From a virus: a DNA stretch of 64,000 nucleotides. Position 1 is the stretch's first letter. Every line of letters starts with the position of its first letter. The stretch spans positions 1 through 64,000 of the IMG/VR virus record IMGVR_UViG_3300044714_000074, one strand, 5' to 3'. Shown in pieces: positions 16,983-25,402 of the stretch. A model generated the notes under the pieces. The model did not search any database. It saw only the letters and a list, made by a program, of their open reading frames with translations, and was not told where the DNA came from. The position numbers and the translations under genes are program-made.

Positions 16983-17234
16983 CTACGCCTTGGGAGCGCT
17001 GCTCGGTGCTGGCGACGCCACGACGGCGTCTTCGTGAACCTTCTTCATGTTGAAGTTGCGCACGAAGCTGTAGATCGCGGCTGCCGCACCAAGCGCGATC
17101 GGCGCCGCGCCGGTCACCAAGTTGGCCCAGGTCGAGGCGTCAATGCCGTGAGCGCCGGCCCACGTCGAAGTGCCGGCGATGACAGCTAGCACGACGTAAT
17201 TCTCGGCCTCGTTCTTGTTCGGGATCGGGTTCAT
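16983..17234 (-). CDS. putative holin
   Basis: 83 aa, two TM segments, GGAGGGG RBS. Confidence 0.55.
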   Translation of the reverse strand: MNPIPNKNEAENYVVLAVIAGTSTWAGAHGIDASTWANLVTGAAPIALGAAAAIYSFVRNFNMKKVHEDAVVASPAPSSAPKA

Positions 17235-17255
17235 TTTGGAAGGTCCCCTCCAGTG

Positions 17256-17291
17256 AAGAAAAATCGGCGCGCCTTGCCGAGCGCGCCGATT
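17256..17291 (-). terminator. intrinsic terminator downstream of the porin gene
   Basis: AATCGGCGCGC-TCGGCAAG-GCGCGCCGATT followed by TTTCTT. Confidence 0.8.
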
Positions 17292-17320
17292 CAATACCAC
17301 TGTGGCGTGCGCCGCACCAG

Positions 17321-18118
17321 TTACTTGATGCCGAGGTCGTAGTGGATGCCGGCCATGTACCACGTCGTCATCTCGGCGCTTGCATGGACGCCGAGAGGGG
17401 TGCCTCCGGCGGTGGCGAAGAGGCCGTTCATGTCGACCCCTTTGTTCGCGAACAATATTTGAGCGTAGACGTTGAGCGAGCCGTTGTTCGGCAGGCCGTT
17501 GGTGCCGAGCGTCTGCCAGCGGTAGCCGGTCTTAGGACCAAAGGAGAAGTTGAACGTCTGGCCTTGCAACGAACCGAAGGTTCCGTTGATTTCGGTCCCC
17601 TGTCCGACAATGCCGAAGTACGGGCGTGGGGTGGCCGCGACGTTGACCGCAGCCGGCAGCAGGCTCGTCGGATTGAACGTCGGGAACGGATTGTTGAGGT
17701 TGCTGCCGATCGCCGCGAAGAATTGATTGACCACTTCCGCGCCGACGTCTAACTCCGCACTGACGGCCCATCGAGAATTGACCGAGCCAACGGTGTTGGC
17801 GCCGCCGATGTTCTGATACTTGCCATCGACCTCGACTTGGCACCACGTTCCGCCGATGCAGGCGTTCCAGATGCGGCCGACATCGCCGACGACACTGCCG
17901 CCGCCAGCGGTGAGGTTGCCGCCGGTTAGGCTGAACGCAGTGCCAGAGACGTCGGAAGCGGCGATCGAGCCTTCCGTACCGGCGCCAATGTACCAGCCGG
18001 AACTCGCGGCGGTGGCGAAGGCTCCTGGTGGGGCCTTGGTCGGCATGTCGGCGGCGAAGGCGGAGGTCGCGAACGCCGCGGCCGCCGCAAGGATGATAGA
18101 GGTTTTCAAAAAACGCAT
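17321..18118 (-). CDS. outer-membrane beta-barrel protein (Omp25/RopB-like)
   Basis: Signal peptide, AADMPTKAPP, SGWYIG, amphipathic strands, terminal YMAGIHY. Confidence 0.8.
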   Translation of the reverse strand: MRFLKTSIILAAAAAFATSAFAADMPTKAPPGAFATAASSGWYIGAGTEGSIAASDVSGTAFSLTGGNLTAGGGSVVGDVGRIWNACIGGTWCQVEVDGKYQNIGGANTVGSVNSRWAVSAELDVGAEVVNQFFAAIGSNLNNPFPTFNPTSLLPAAVNVAATPRPYFGIVGQGTEINGTFGSLQGQTFNFSFGPKTGYRWQTLGTNGLPNNGSLNVYAQILFANKGVDMNGLFATAGGTPLGVHASAEMTTWYMAGIHYDLGIK

Positions 18119-18200
18119 GGCGATTCGCTCCTGAGTTGATTCGAGGAAAGCGAAGCCATCTTAAGCCGGCAAGGTGTGTTGTTACCGCAACACTCGTCTT

Positions 18201-18548
18201 TTATGTCGAGGCCGGCGCGGGAACCACTTCGATGGTGACGTCGCCGAGCCCGGCCTCGTCGGTGATGCCGATGGCGTTGGCGGCGATCTTCATGAGGTCA
18301 ATAATTCTATCTGGAGGTGCGGGGCCTCTATCGACGATCTGCACAATCACAGGATCGCTCGCGGCCGGGTAGCCGCTCGGCGCGAAAAACTCGCGTTGGA
18401 CCTTGACGAAGGTTCCGAGCGGCAGCGTCTTGTGGGCGGCGACGTACTCGTTCCAAGCCGCGACGGGATGCCCCGACCAAGCCGTCTTCTCGCTGCCCTC
18501 GGTGCGCCAGATGGAGGCGACGCCGGATTCCGTGTAGAAGTCGGTCAT
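18201..18548 (-). CDS. RlpA-like double-psi beta-barrel lytic transglycosylase
   Basis: SGVASIW, AAHKTLPLGTFVKV, IVDRGP, RIIDL. Confidence 0.88.
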   Translation of the reverse strand: MTDFYTESGVASIWRTEGSEKTAWSGHPVAAWNEYVAAHKTLPLGTFVKVQREFFAPSGYPAASDPVIVQIVDRGPAPPDRIIDLMKIAANAIGITDEAGLGDVTIEVVPAPAST

Positions 18549-18829
18549 AATTGCATCGCCTTTTTCTTCGGCACTGTATGCCATCGCTTGATCGAAACAA
18601 CGAGAAATGGTCCTACAAAATATCCGGCGATGAAAAACGGCGCGTAGGCATAGTTAGTCAGCGACGCGCCTATTCCGGTCAGCTGGCACACAGCCTGGAG
18701 CGCGGAGATCATGCCGACGCAGATCGCGCAGTTCCGCTCTGCCCAGTGCACCCACATAATGCCGGAGCCCTCGTAGAACGCTCCGCACCCGAACACAACA
18801 AATGCGGAGACATAAAACTGAACGGTCAC
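18545..18829 (-). CDS. small three-TM protein
   Basis: Hydrophobic, coupled overlaps. Confidence 0.6.
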   Translation of the reverse strand: MTVQFYVSAFVVFGCGAFYEGSGIMWVHWAERNCAICVGMISALQAVCQLTGIGASLTNYAYAPFFIAGYFVGPFLVVSIKRWHTVPKKKAMQL

Positions 18830-19770
18830 AGCTCCGCTTCTATCTCGGCGATGAAGCCCTTCGCCGGAGCCGCAGCGACATCAGCCGCGAGTTTGGGCGC
18901 GTCCCCGGGATTGTAGATCGCGACGCCGGCCTGTTTCAGCAGCGCCTCCACAGCCCCGCCCCAGGCCAATTCGGGGAAGCCGTTCTTGGCCAGCCACGCC
19001 TTGAGCGCGACGTTCGTCGCGTTGCCGCTGGCGTCGTCAATACCGAGCGGCGGCGTCTGGCCGGCCTTGTTGAGGAGGACCTGGTTGATCGCGGCGTTAA
19101 AGGTCGCGTTCTTCGGGACGCAGCCGTTGAACGGTAGCCGCGCGCCGACATCGACGGTTGGAGTATGCAGCGAATCGGGATCGACGTTGATGACGCCGCC
19201 ATTGACCGTGAGGTTGGCGACCGCGCGCTGGATGACGTCGTAGTCGCCCGCCGCGGCGTCCGCCGCGCTGTCGTCGAAGCCCATCGACTGGGTTTCCCAC
19301 CGCAGGACGATGACGCCGTCGTTCTTCAGCTTGTTGATGAGGTAGCCACTGCCGTAGCAGCCGATCTGATAGCCGGCACCGAGCGCTGCAGCGAATGCCG
19401 CGTAGTACGCCTTGACCGCGTCGTACTGGCTCTCGGCGATGTCCATGTCGGTCGTCGGGCAGACGATGCAGCCGAGACCGGGCGGCAGGCCGACTGTCAG
19501 CATGAAAGCCTTGCAATCTTCCCCGTCTGCAGTGCCGGCCATCGCGCCGGACAGCGAGCGGTTCGCGGTGGTCTCCCACACGATCGCCAGATTGATACCG
19601 AGCAGGCCGAGAAGGATCGCCTCGGGCTGCTGGATCTCTTTCCACTCGTTCGACGGTCCCGACGCGGCATAGCGCCAGACGAAGGTGATACTGGCGGCGT
19701 TCAGGCCAGCGGCATAAGGAGATGTGTCGACGCATGCGTCGAAGCCGGTCGTGTTCGGAGGGTTCGTCAT
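18826..19770 (-). CDS. DUF1906 (GH25-like) peptidoglycan hydrolase, likely endolysin, with C-terminal PG-binding-like segment
   Basis: GFDAC, FVWRY, KEIQ..EA, GTADG, D.D, IGCYGSG; LGIDDASGNAT..ALKAW. Confidence 0.8.
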   Translation of the reverse strand: MTNPPNTTGFDACVDTSPYAAGLNAASITFVWRYAASGPSNEWKEIQQPEAILLGLLGINLAIVWETTANRSLSGAMAGTADGEDCKAFMLTVGLPPGLGCIVCPTTDMDIAESQYDAVKAYYAAFAAALGAGYQIGCYGSGYLINKLKNDGVIVLRWETQSMGFDDSAADAAAGDYDVIQRAVANLTVNGGVINVDPDSLHTPTVDVGARLPFNGCVPKNATFNAAINQVLLNKAGQTPPLGIDDASGNATNVALKAWLAKNGFPELAWGGAVEALLKQAGVAIYNPGDAPKLAADVAAAPAKGFIAEIEAEL

Positions 19771-19961
19771 CGCGCCTGCTCCTTTGCGGCGGCGTCCCGC
19801 CGCTCCTGCGCCAGTTGATTATATTCTGGCGCCGTCATGTTGTGATCTTTCAGCCAGTCGAACTGCGTCTGAGTCATCGGTTTCTGCCCGACGCCCTGCA
19901 TTCCGATTCGTTTCCATGGAAAATCATCACTCGTTGCCATTTTGGTTTCATCCCGCGTCAT
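19767..19961 (-). CDS. hypothetical protein
   Basis: ATGA-coupled. Confidence 0.5.
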   Translation of the reverse strand: MTRDETKMATSDDFPWKRIGMQGVGQKPMTQTQFDWLKDHNMTAPEYNQLAQERRDAAAKEQAR

Positions 19962-21280
19962 GGCAGAACCCGGATGTAAACCTGGACGTTGGCCGTCGCC
20001 GGGCTACCTTCCGCCTCCGTGATGCGAAAATACAGCGTCGGGTAGCCAGCGGCGGTTACTGAAATAGTCGAAACTCCGGAGATGTGCTGAAAATTGTTGG
20101 CGGTGGCGTCCGCCGTCGCGCTCACCGTAACGGACGTACTGTTGACAAGAGCCACGCCGGCGCCGCCCGCCGCCGTGAACACTGCGGCGCCGGCCGAGGT
20201 CAGGGAGGCGGACGCGCCGGTGATGTTGACCGACTCGACGTAGTAACGGCTGAAGCCGGATACCGAGGGTACCGGAAACGAAGTGTCGGCGAGGTTGTTG
20301 AAATTTACGCTGCTCAGATTGATCGAAAAGCCGAGGCCGCCGACGCCAGCTTGCGCGATGGGCGAGAACGAGATGCCGCCGGTCGATCCCGGCAATAGAG
20401 TGTTGGGATCACCCCCGGCAGTATCAACAACGCCGCTGCGGGAATCGATCAGGTATTTCGCGGCGGTGATGCCAGAGAAGCCGCTGAAGGTGATGCCAGC
20501 CAGGTCCATGAAAGAACCGTTGGTCATCGACACGACTTCGGTGAACGTCAGACTTGAGCCGCCCGTGATCGTAACGCCGGCATTGCTCGCTATCGAGCCG
20601 CCCTGAGTGCCATCAAACAAAGTAGTTGCGCTTGAGATGACGGATAGGTTGCCGTTGAAGATGATAAGCGCGCCAGCGTATGACGCACGAAGCATGGCCG
20701 TCCCGCTGCAATCCAGCGTCAGACCGGCCGCATAGACTATGGCGCTGTTGGCGACGATGCAGCCGTGAGTACCTTCAACTTGCAGGTTTTGGATTTGCCA
20801 GACTGAATTGACGTTGCGGGCTATGAAGGTCGGCTCAGTGGTGCAGTCGATAACGACATTAGATGGCGTCGAGGCATCGCCTGCGATGATCGCCTGCGGC
20901 GTCAGATTGTTGCCGAAGTTCGAGTTGCTGGCGAAATCAGGGAGAGCCTCGCACTCGTTATAAGTGCCATCGGCCAACTGGAACGTAAGAGTTTGATTGC
21001 CGAGATCGTAGAGCGGCGGGATCACGGTCAGCGCGTTCGCCAGCGTCTTGCATGGTGTCGTCGGCGACAGACAGCTGTTGCTGTCCGAGCCGGGCTGACA
21101 AGTAAACGCGCCACACGGAGACGTTGACGATGACGAATTGACATAAGCCGTCAACGACGCCGCGAGCAAAATTTTGGTCGGCTGTGGTGTTGGCTGTGGA
21201 CCGGGTCCAGGTCCGGGACCCTGCGCGAGGGCGGTTGAGCCGATAACCGCCGCGACGATCATTGCGAGGATAAATTTCAT
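19958..21280 (-). CDS. beta-helix tail fibre/spike-like protein with Sec signal peptide
   Basis: MKFILAMIVAAVIGSTALA-Q; YV...GSDSN...PCKTL..AL...YDLGNQTLTFQLADGTY pectin-lyase-like entry motif. Confidence 0.7.
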   Translation of the reverse strand: MKFILAMIVAAVIGSTALAQGPGPGPGPQPTPQPTKILLAASLTAYVNSSSSTSPCGAFTCQPGSDSNSCLSPTTPCKTLANALTVIPPLYDLGNQTLTFQLADGTYNECEALPDFASNSNFGNNLTPQAIIAGDASTPSNVVIDCTTEPTFIARNVNSVWQIQNLQVEGTHGCIVANSAIVYAAGLTLDCSGTAMLRASYAGALIIFNGNLSVISSATTLFDGTQGGSIASNAGVTITGGSSLTFTEVVSMTNGSFMDLAGITFSGFSGITAAKYLIDSRSGVVDTAGGDPNTLLPGSTGGISFSPIAQAGVGGLGFSINLSSVNFNNLADTSFPVPSVSGFSRYYVESVNITGASASLTSAGAAVFTAAGGAGVALVNSTSVTVSATADATANNFQHISGVSTISVTAAGYPTLYFRITEAEGSPATANVQVYIRVLP

Positions 21281-21282
21281 CT

Positions 21283-21612
21283 TTAATAGACCACGACGCT
21301 GAATTTGTGACCGCCAGTTGCGGCGTTTACGCTGGTATTCGTAGTTTGGCCAGGAATCAGTTGCCAGATGCCGCCGGGAGGAATCCGGAAGTTGGTGCCG
21401 TTCACCCCGCCGGCAACGGTTGGACTCGCCGCGGCACCGACAGGGTTGATGACGAGATCCTCGGCGGCGGGCAAGTTGCCCTGATCGGCCGCCGACACCG
21501 GGTTTTGGATGAAGCCGCCATTTGGACCAGCGGCAACCGCGATCACCGGCGTGCCGCCGACGGTGACGACGGAGGCGGCGCCAGCGACGGGAGTGACGGG
21601 ATTAGCCGCCAT
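21283..21612 (-). CDS. small virion protein, paralogue of the N-terminal domain of 23647-24723
   Basis: ANPV...VGG...GG.I.NP..A.DQG...PGG...QTT..SVNAAT.GHKFS present in both. Confidence 0.75.
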   Translation of the reverse strand: MAANPVTPVAGAASVVTVGGTPVIAVAAGPNGGFIQNPVSAADQGNLPAAEDLVINPVGAAASPTVAGGVNGTNFRIPPGGIWQLIPGQTTNTSVNAATGGHKFSVVVY

Positions 21613-21613
21613 G

Positions 21614-23008
21614 TCAGCCGACCATTCTTAGTTCGGCGGCGACGTTGTCGTTCGCCGGCTCCAGGGCGCTCATCTCTTCCCAGACATGCAAATTGCAAAC
21701 TGGGGTTCCGGCGGCGGTCGAGCACCACGTCGTCGTGTTGGTCGAGCTGTTCTTCACGCAGACCTCGTAGGTCTGTTGCGATGACGTGTTGGGCGCATCA
21801 TAGGCATCGGCCGTGACCGAGAACACGCCGACACCGGATAAACTCAATGGCAATGTGTTTCCCACTGCAGTGGTGCAGGCGCCGCTGCCGCCGGACGCTC
21901 GAAACACTTGCCACGTTCCGTCGCTGCCGGACAGGGCGGCCGTTCCGATCGCCTGGATGTGAATCAAGTTGGCCGCGCTAGTCGGCGTGATCGAAACGGC
22001 AGGAGCTCCACCGACGTAGGATGTCGTGGATGACTGCGTCTGCGACGATGTCGACACGACCAAATGCTGCACGATGTCGCCGGCCTTCTTCACTCCGGGA
22101 CCCATGAGTTGAACATATGTCGGACCGGTAGCCCACGTCCCCGCCGTCGACTCGGCGATGTCGATGTAGCCAATCTCGCGAACCGCCACGTTGGAGAGCG
22201 ACGATGTCGAGCAATAAGGCGTTTGCGCTGAGCTGCCGCCGGTCGTCCCGCTGGCGCTGCTTTGAAGCGCTTGCTCGTTGATCCCGACGATGCTCGGCCC
22301 CGACGAGTTCACGGAATTGTAGGCACACAGCGCGACCGTCCCGGCGTTGTTCGCCAGATAGACGCGGAGCCGGCAAAATATGCTGCTGCTCTGGCAACCC
22401 ATGGTGTGAGTCGACGCTATGGTGATGCTGAGCGCGCCGGTGATCGATTCGAAGACCGGATCGCCGTTCGCGATCGTCGCGTCGCGAAAGGCGACGAGGA
22501 TCGGGTTCGACGCGCTGGCGTTCGACCCGTTGTTGCCGACGACCGCGATGGTCAGAGCGTTCGTCGACACCGTGGCGTTGATCTGAAGGTTCGGCGGCAT
22601 GTTGAAGCCGAGCGACGAGTTTCCAACCGTCGACGCCGTGGTCGGCAGGTTGACCGGACCGAGCACCACGAAGCAGGAACTGTTGTAGGTCAGCAGGATC
22701 GGTTGACTGGTCACGATCTCGCCGCCGACAAGCGTCGTCGTCCCGGCGCCGTTCGGTTTGCAGAAGTGCGGCGGTGATCCGAAGCTATTGACGTTGAGCG
22801 TGGCATCGCCGGTGTTCGAGGCACCGGGATTGTAGATGATGATCGCGCTGACAAGATCGGCGTAGGACAGGACCTGCGGCGGCAGCGTGAGAGTCTGCGT
22901 GTTCGCTGAGCCGGCCCCGGTCCCGGCGTAGGTCGGAAACTGCGCGGCCGCCGGCGCCAGCATGGCTCCGAAGAAGAGTGCCGCAGCGACGAGGATTCTA
23001 GCGATCAT
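21614..23008 (-). CDS. tail fibre protein with Sec signal peptide
   Basis: True start MIARILVAAALFFGAMLAPAAA-Q (ATGA overlap); fibre-like modules NTGDATLNVN, NALTI...SNP..VAFR and VSITPTSAAN.I. Confidence 0.75.
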   Translation of the reverse strand: MIARILVAAALFFGAMLAPAAAQFPTYAGTGAGSANTQTLTLPPQVLSYADLVSAIIIYNPGASNTGDATLNVNSFGSPPHFCKPNGAGTTTLVGGEIVTSQPILLTYNSSCFVVLGPVNLPTTASTVGNSSLGFNMPPNLQINATVSTNALTIAVVGNNGSNASASNPILVAFRDATIANGDPVFESITGALSITIASTHTMGCQSSSIFCRLRVYLANNAGTVALCAYNSVNSSGPSIVGINEQALQSSASGTTGGSSAQTPYCSTSSLSNVAVREIGYIDIAESTAGTWATGPTYVQLMGPGVKKAGDIVQHLVVSTSSQTQSSTTSYVGGAPAVSITPTSAANLIHIQAIGTAALSGSDGTWQVFRASGGSGACTTAVGNTLPLSLSGVGVFSVTADAYDAPNTSSQQTYEVCVKNSSTNTTTWCSTAAGTPVCNLHVWEEMSALEPANDNVAAELRMVG

Positions 23009-23640
23009 GGCTTGTAGCTCCAGACGTTGCTGCCGTAGTAGCGGAAATAGGCGCACTGCCCGTTGACGTTCAGTTGGACGGACGCGGCATCGGCGATCGT
23101 CATGCCGGCCGGGGCGTTCACCGTCACCGGATAGGCGTTGAAGTTGTGGTTGAGATCCTCGATCGCGTAAAGCTGACCGGCTACCGCCGCCGAGGGAAGC
23201 GTCGTCGAAGATGTCGCCAGCGACGTGCTGCGGTTGAGCCCCACCGCACCGCCGGCGTCGGCAGTCGACATCGTGAAGGCGCCGCTCGCAGTGACGATGC
23301 GTGACGGTGACAGCGAACCGGTCTGCTGGAGCGCGGCCATCTGGCCAGCCGTGAGGAGGTTCGCGAAGAGATCGCCGGCGAGCCACGTCTGCGCGACGGT
23401 CCCTTCCTGGGCGCGCACCATCGTCGTGATGGTATCGCCGGAGATCGCTGTGCAGTAGACGATCTCCGTCAGCAGCCCGGTCGCGGCGTCGTTGAAGGTG
23501 GCGGCGAACTCCTGGCCGGCGCTCGGCGTCGGGAAGAGCGCCCCGGTGCCGGAGGCCAAGGTGACGGAGGTCGCCGCGGCCGAGATCGGGCCGGCGATCG
23601 TCGTTGACGCATCGTTGGCGAAAATGAAAGCGGTCACCAA
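23005..23640 (-). CDS. baseplate-proximal tail fibre/adaptor protein
   Basis: FANDASTTIA...GTGALFP...EIVYCT...RAQEGT...LTAG typical N-terminus. Confidence 0.75.
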   Translation of the reverse strand: MVTAFIFANDASTTIAGPISAAATSVTLASGTGALFPTPSAGQEFAATFNDAATGLLTEIVYCTAISGDTITTMVRAQEGTVAQTWLAGDLFANLLTAGQMAALQQTGSLSPSRIVTASGAFTMSTADAGGAVGLNRSTSLATSSTTLPSAAVAGQLYAIEDLNHNFNAYPVTVNAPAGMTIADAASVQLNVNGQCAYFRYYGSNVWSYKP

Positions 23641-23646
23641 GCCCTC

Positions 23647-24723
23647 CTAGACCGCCACGATGAACGTGGCTTGAAACGGCAAAGCAAGAACGCCCGAATC
23701 GATGCCCTCTTTGAGTACGCTTGCCAGGGCCGGCGGGTTCGGCCCGCTGTTGAATTGCGTGACCAGGTGGTTGAACGCCATCCTGTTGTAGCCGAATCGG
23801 TTGAACAATGCACCCCCGAGAATCGTCCTCGAGCCGCCGCCGAGCCGGATGGCGACGACACCGTCGCTGCCGAAACTGACGTCGACGATGTAGGTCTGGT
23901 CGATGTTCGGAGCCGTTCCCTGCGGACCGTAGAGGAATCGCATGATCCGGCGCTTCAGCCAGCGGACGTTGAAGACGTTCCCGTCGCCCTTGTAGAAATT
24001 CCAGGTGATGATCCGCTTGAAGACGTCGTCGGAGGTCGCCGTCACGTTCGACGGGCCCACGACCTTCGTCGCGTTGAAGGCGTGCGTATTGAAGGCGAAG
24101 GTGTTGTAGGGACCGATGTTTCGGTTCCGGCCCGAAGACAACGCCGGCCGAACGAACCCGTAAAGCCCCTCCGCCACCCAGTCCAGCAGCGAGCCGACGA
24201 TCTGCGCGCCGGTATAGACCGGCAGGCCGATCGTGGCGAACCACGTCACGTAGCTTTGCGCGAGCGCGTTCCAGGAAGCGACGAAGGCCTGGAGGTTGTC
24301 GTCGTCGGCGTACTGAACGTAGAGGTACGATGGGATCAGCGCGGTCAGCGTCGTCGGCCCCGCCGGCGGGAAGGTGCCGGGCTGCGGCGTCGGCGGGTAC
24401 GGCGTCTGAGGCTGAAGGACGTAGGCCGAGAACTTGTGTCCCGATGTCGCCGCGTTGACGCTGACGCTCGTCGTCTGGTTCGGGATCGTGAAGGCGCCGC
24501 CGGGCTGGATCGGGACCGACGTCGCGGTCTCGCCGACTGTCGCGTCCGCACCGGTGATGTCGACATAGAGTGGCTCGACGATCGCGATGCCCTGATCCTC
24601 GGCCATCGCCGGGTTGAGGATGGCGCCGCCAAGGACCGGGCCGAAGACAGCCGTGACGGCCTTCCCGCCGACAACAACCTCGCTGGCGACCGGGGCGTAG
24701 AGCGATACGGGGTTGGCGCCCAT
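23647..24723 (-). CDS. baseplate wedge protein (DUF2612-like)
   Basis: YLYVQYADDDNLQAF, LLDWVA.GLYG, SDDVFKRIITW. Confidence 0.75.
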   Translation of the reverse strand: MGANPVSLYAPVASEVVVGGKAVTAVFGPVLGGAILNPAMAEDQGIAIVEPLYVDITGADATVGETATSVPIQPGGAFTIPNQTTSVSVNAATSGHKFSAYVLQPQTPYPPTPQPGTFPPAGPTTLTALIPSYLYVQYADDDNLQAFVASWNALAQSYVTWFATIGLPVYTGAQIVGSLLDWVAEGLYGFVRPALSSGRNRNIGPYNTFAFNTHAFNATKVVGPSNVTATSDDVFKRIITWNFYKGDGNVFNVRWLKRRIMRFLYGPQGTAPNIDQTYIVDVSFGSDGVVAIRLGGGSRTILGGALFNRFGYNRMAFNHLVTQFNSGPNPPALASVLKEGIDSGVLALPFQATFIVAV

Positions 24724-24745
24724 CGTTAATGTTTACTTTCGTTTT

Positions 24746-25390
24746 TTAGATCGCAACACAAGAGAACTGTCCGGTCGGCGTGCGGGCCATAAAATATTCG
24801 TTGATTCGACTCTGCATTTGGCGAAGGCATCCACAGCTTCGAGTATTACCGCTCATCAGCGATTTAGCCGCGACCATGATCTCGTTGCCGCAATCGCAGT
24901 GAGCGAGCCAGCGTCTTTGACCACGTCCAGCATCGAATTTTCGCGGCAAAACATGCAAGACGGTCAAATGACCAAATTTTTGACCAGAAAGGTTTTTTCT
25001 CATCCGACAGCCACATGATCTGGCGCGACCACAGTTCAACAATTTTATTTGAATTGCCGATTCGGCACCGCAATCACATTTGCAGAGCATCCATCCGCGT
25101 CCAGCTGTGGCCATAACCGTAAGCTGACCAAACCGCCTGCCGATTAGATCGCGTCGCAATTTTCTGCATCCGCATGTTTTGAGACCGCCCTTGGTCAGAA
25201 CACTAAGCGGAACCTTTCTATAATTTCCGCAATCGCAACGGCACATCCAACCTCGATTAGCTTTCCCGGTAATGACCAGCATTCCAAAACGAGAACCAAC
25301 AGGCGATTGAATCTGTTCTGCTGGTGACGATATGGGTCCACCAACAAATTCGACTGGAAAGCCAAAACCCTTGCGCCGAATGCTTCTCAT
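24746..25390 (-). CDS. homing-endonuclease-associated zinc-binding repeat protein, no nuclease domain seen
   Basis: Three G.rFG.L.V...CDCG...[ST]CGC repeats; lower GC. Confidence 0.7.
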   Translation of the reverse strand: MRSIRRKGFGFPVEFVGGPISSPAEQIQSPVGSRFGMLVITGKANRGWMCRCDCGNYRKVPLSVLTKGGLKTCGCRKLRRDLIGRRFGQLTVMATAGRGWMLCKCDCGAESAIQIKLLNCGRARSCGCRMRKNLSGQKFGHLTVLHVLPRKFDAGRGQRRWLAHCDCGNEIMVAAKSLMSGNTRSCGCLRQMQSRINEYFMARTPTGQFSCVAI

Positions 25391-25402
25391 TGACTCGTCC
25401 TA

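Noticed and set aside
23009-24244. Upstream half of the 876-aa ORF 21614-24244
   Set aside because: Arg-rich off-frame overlap of two real genes; the true start is the ATGA-coupled Met at 23008
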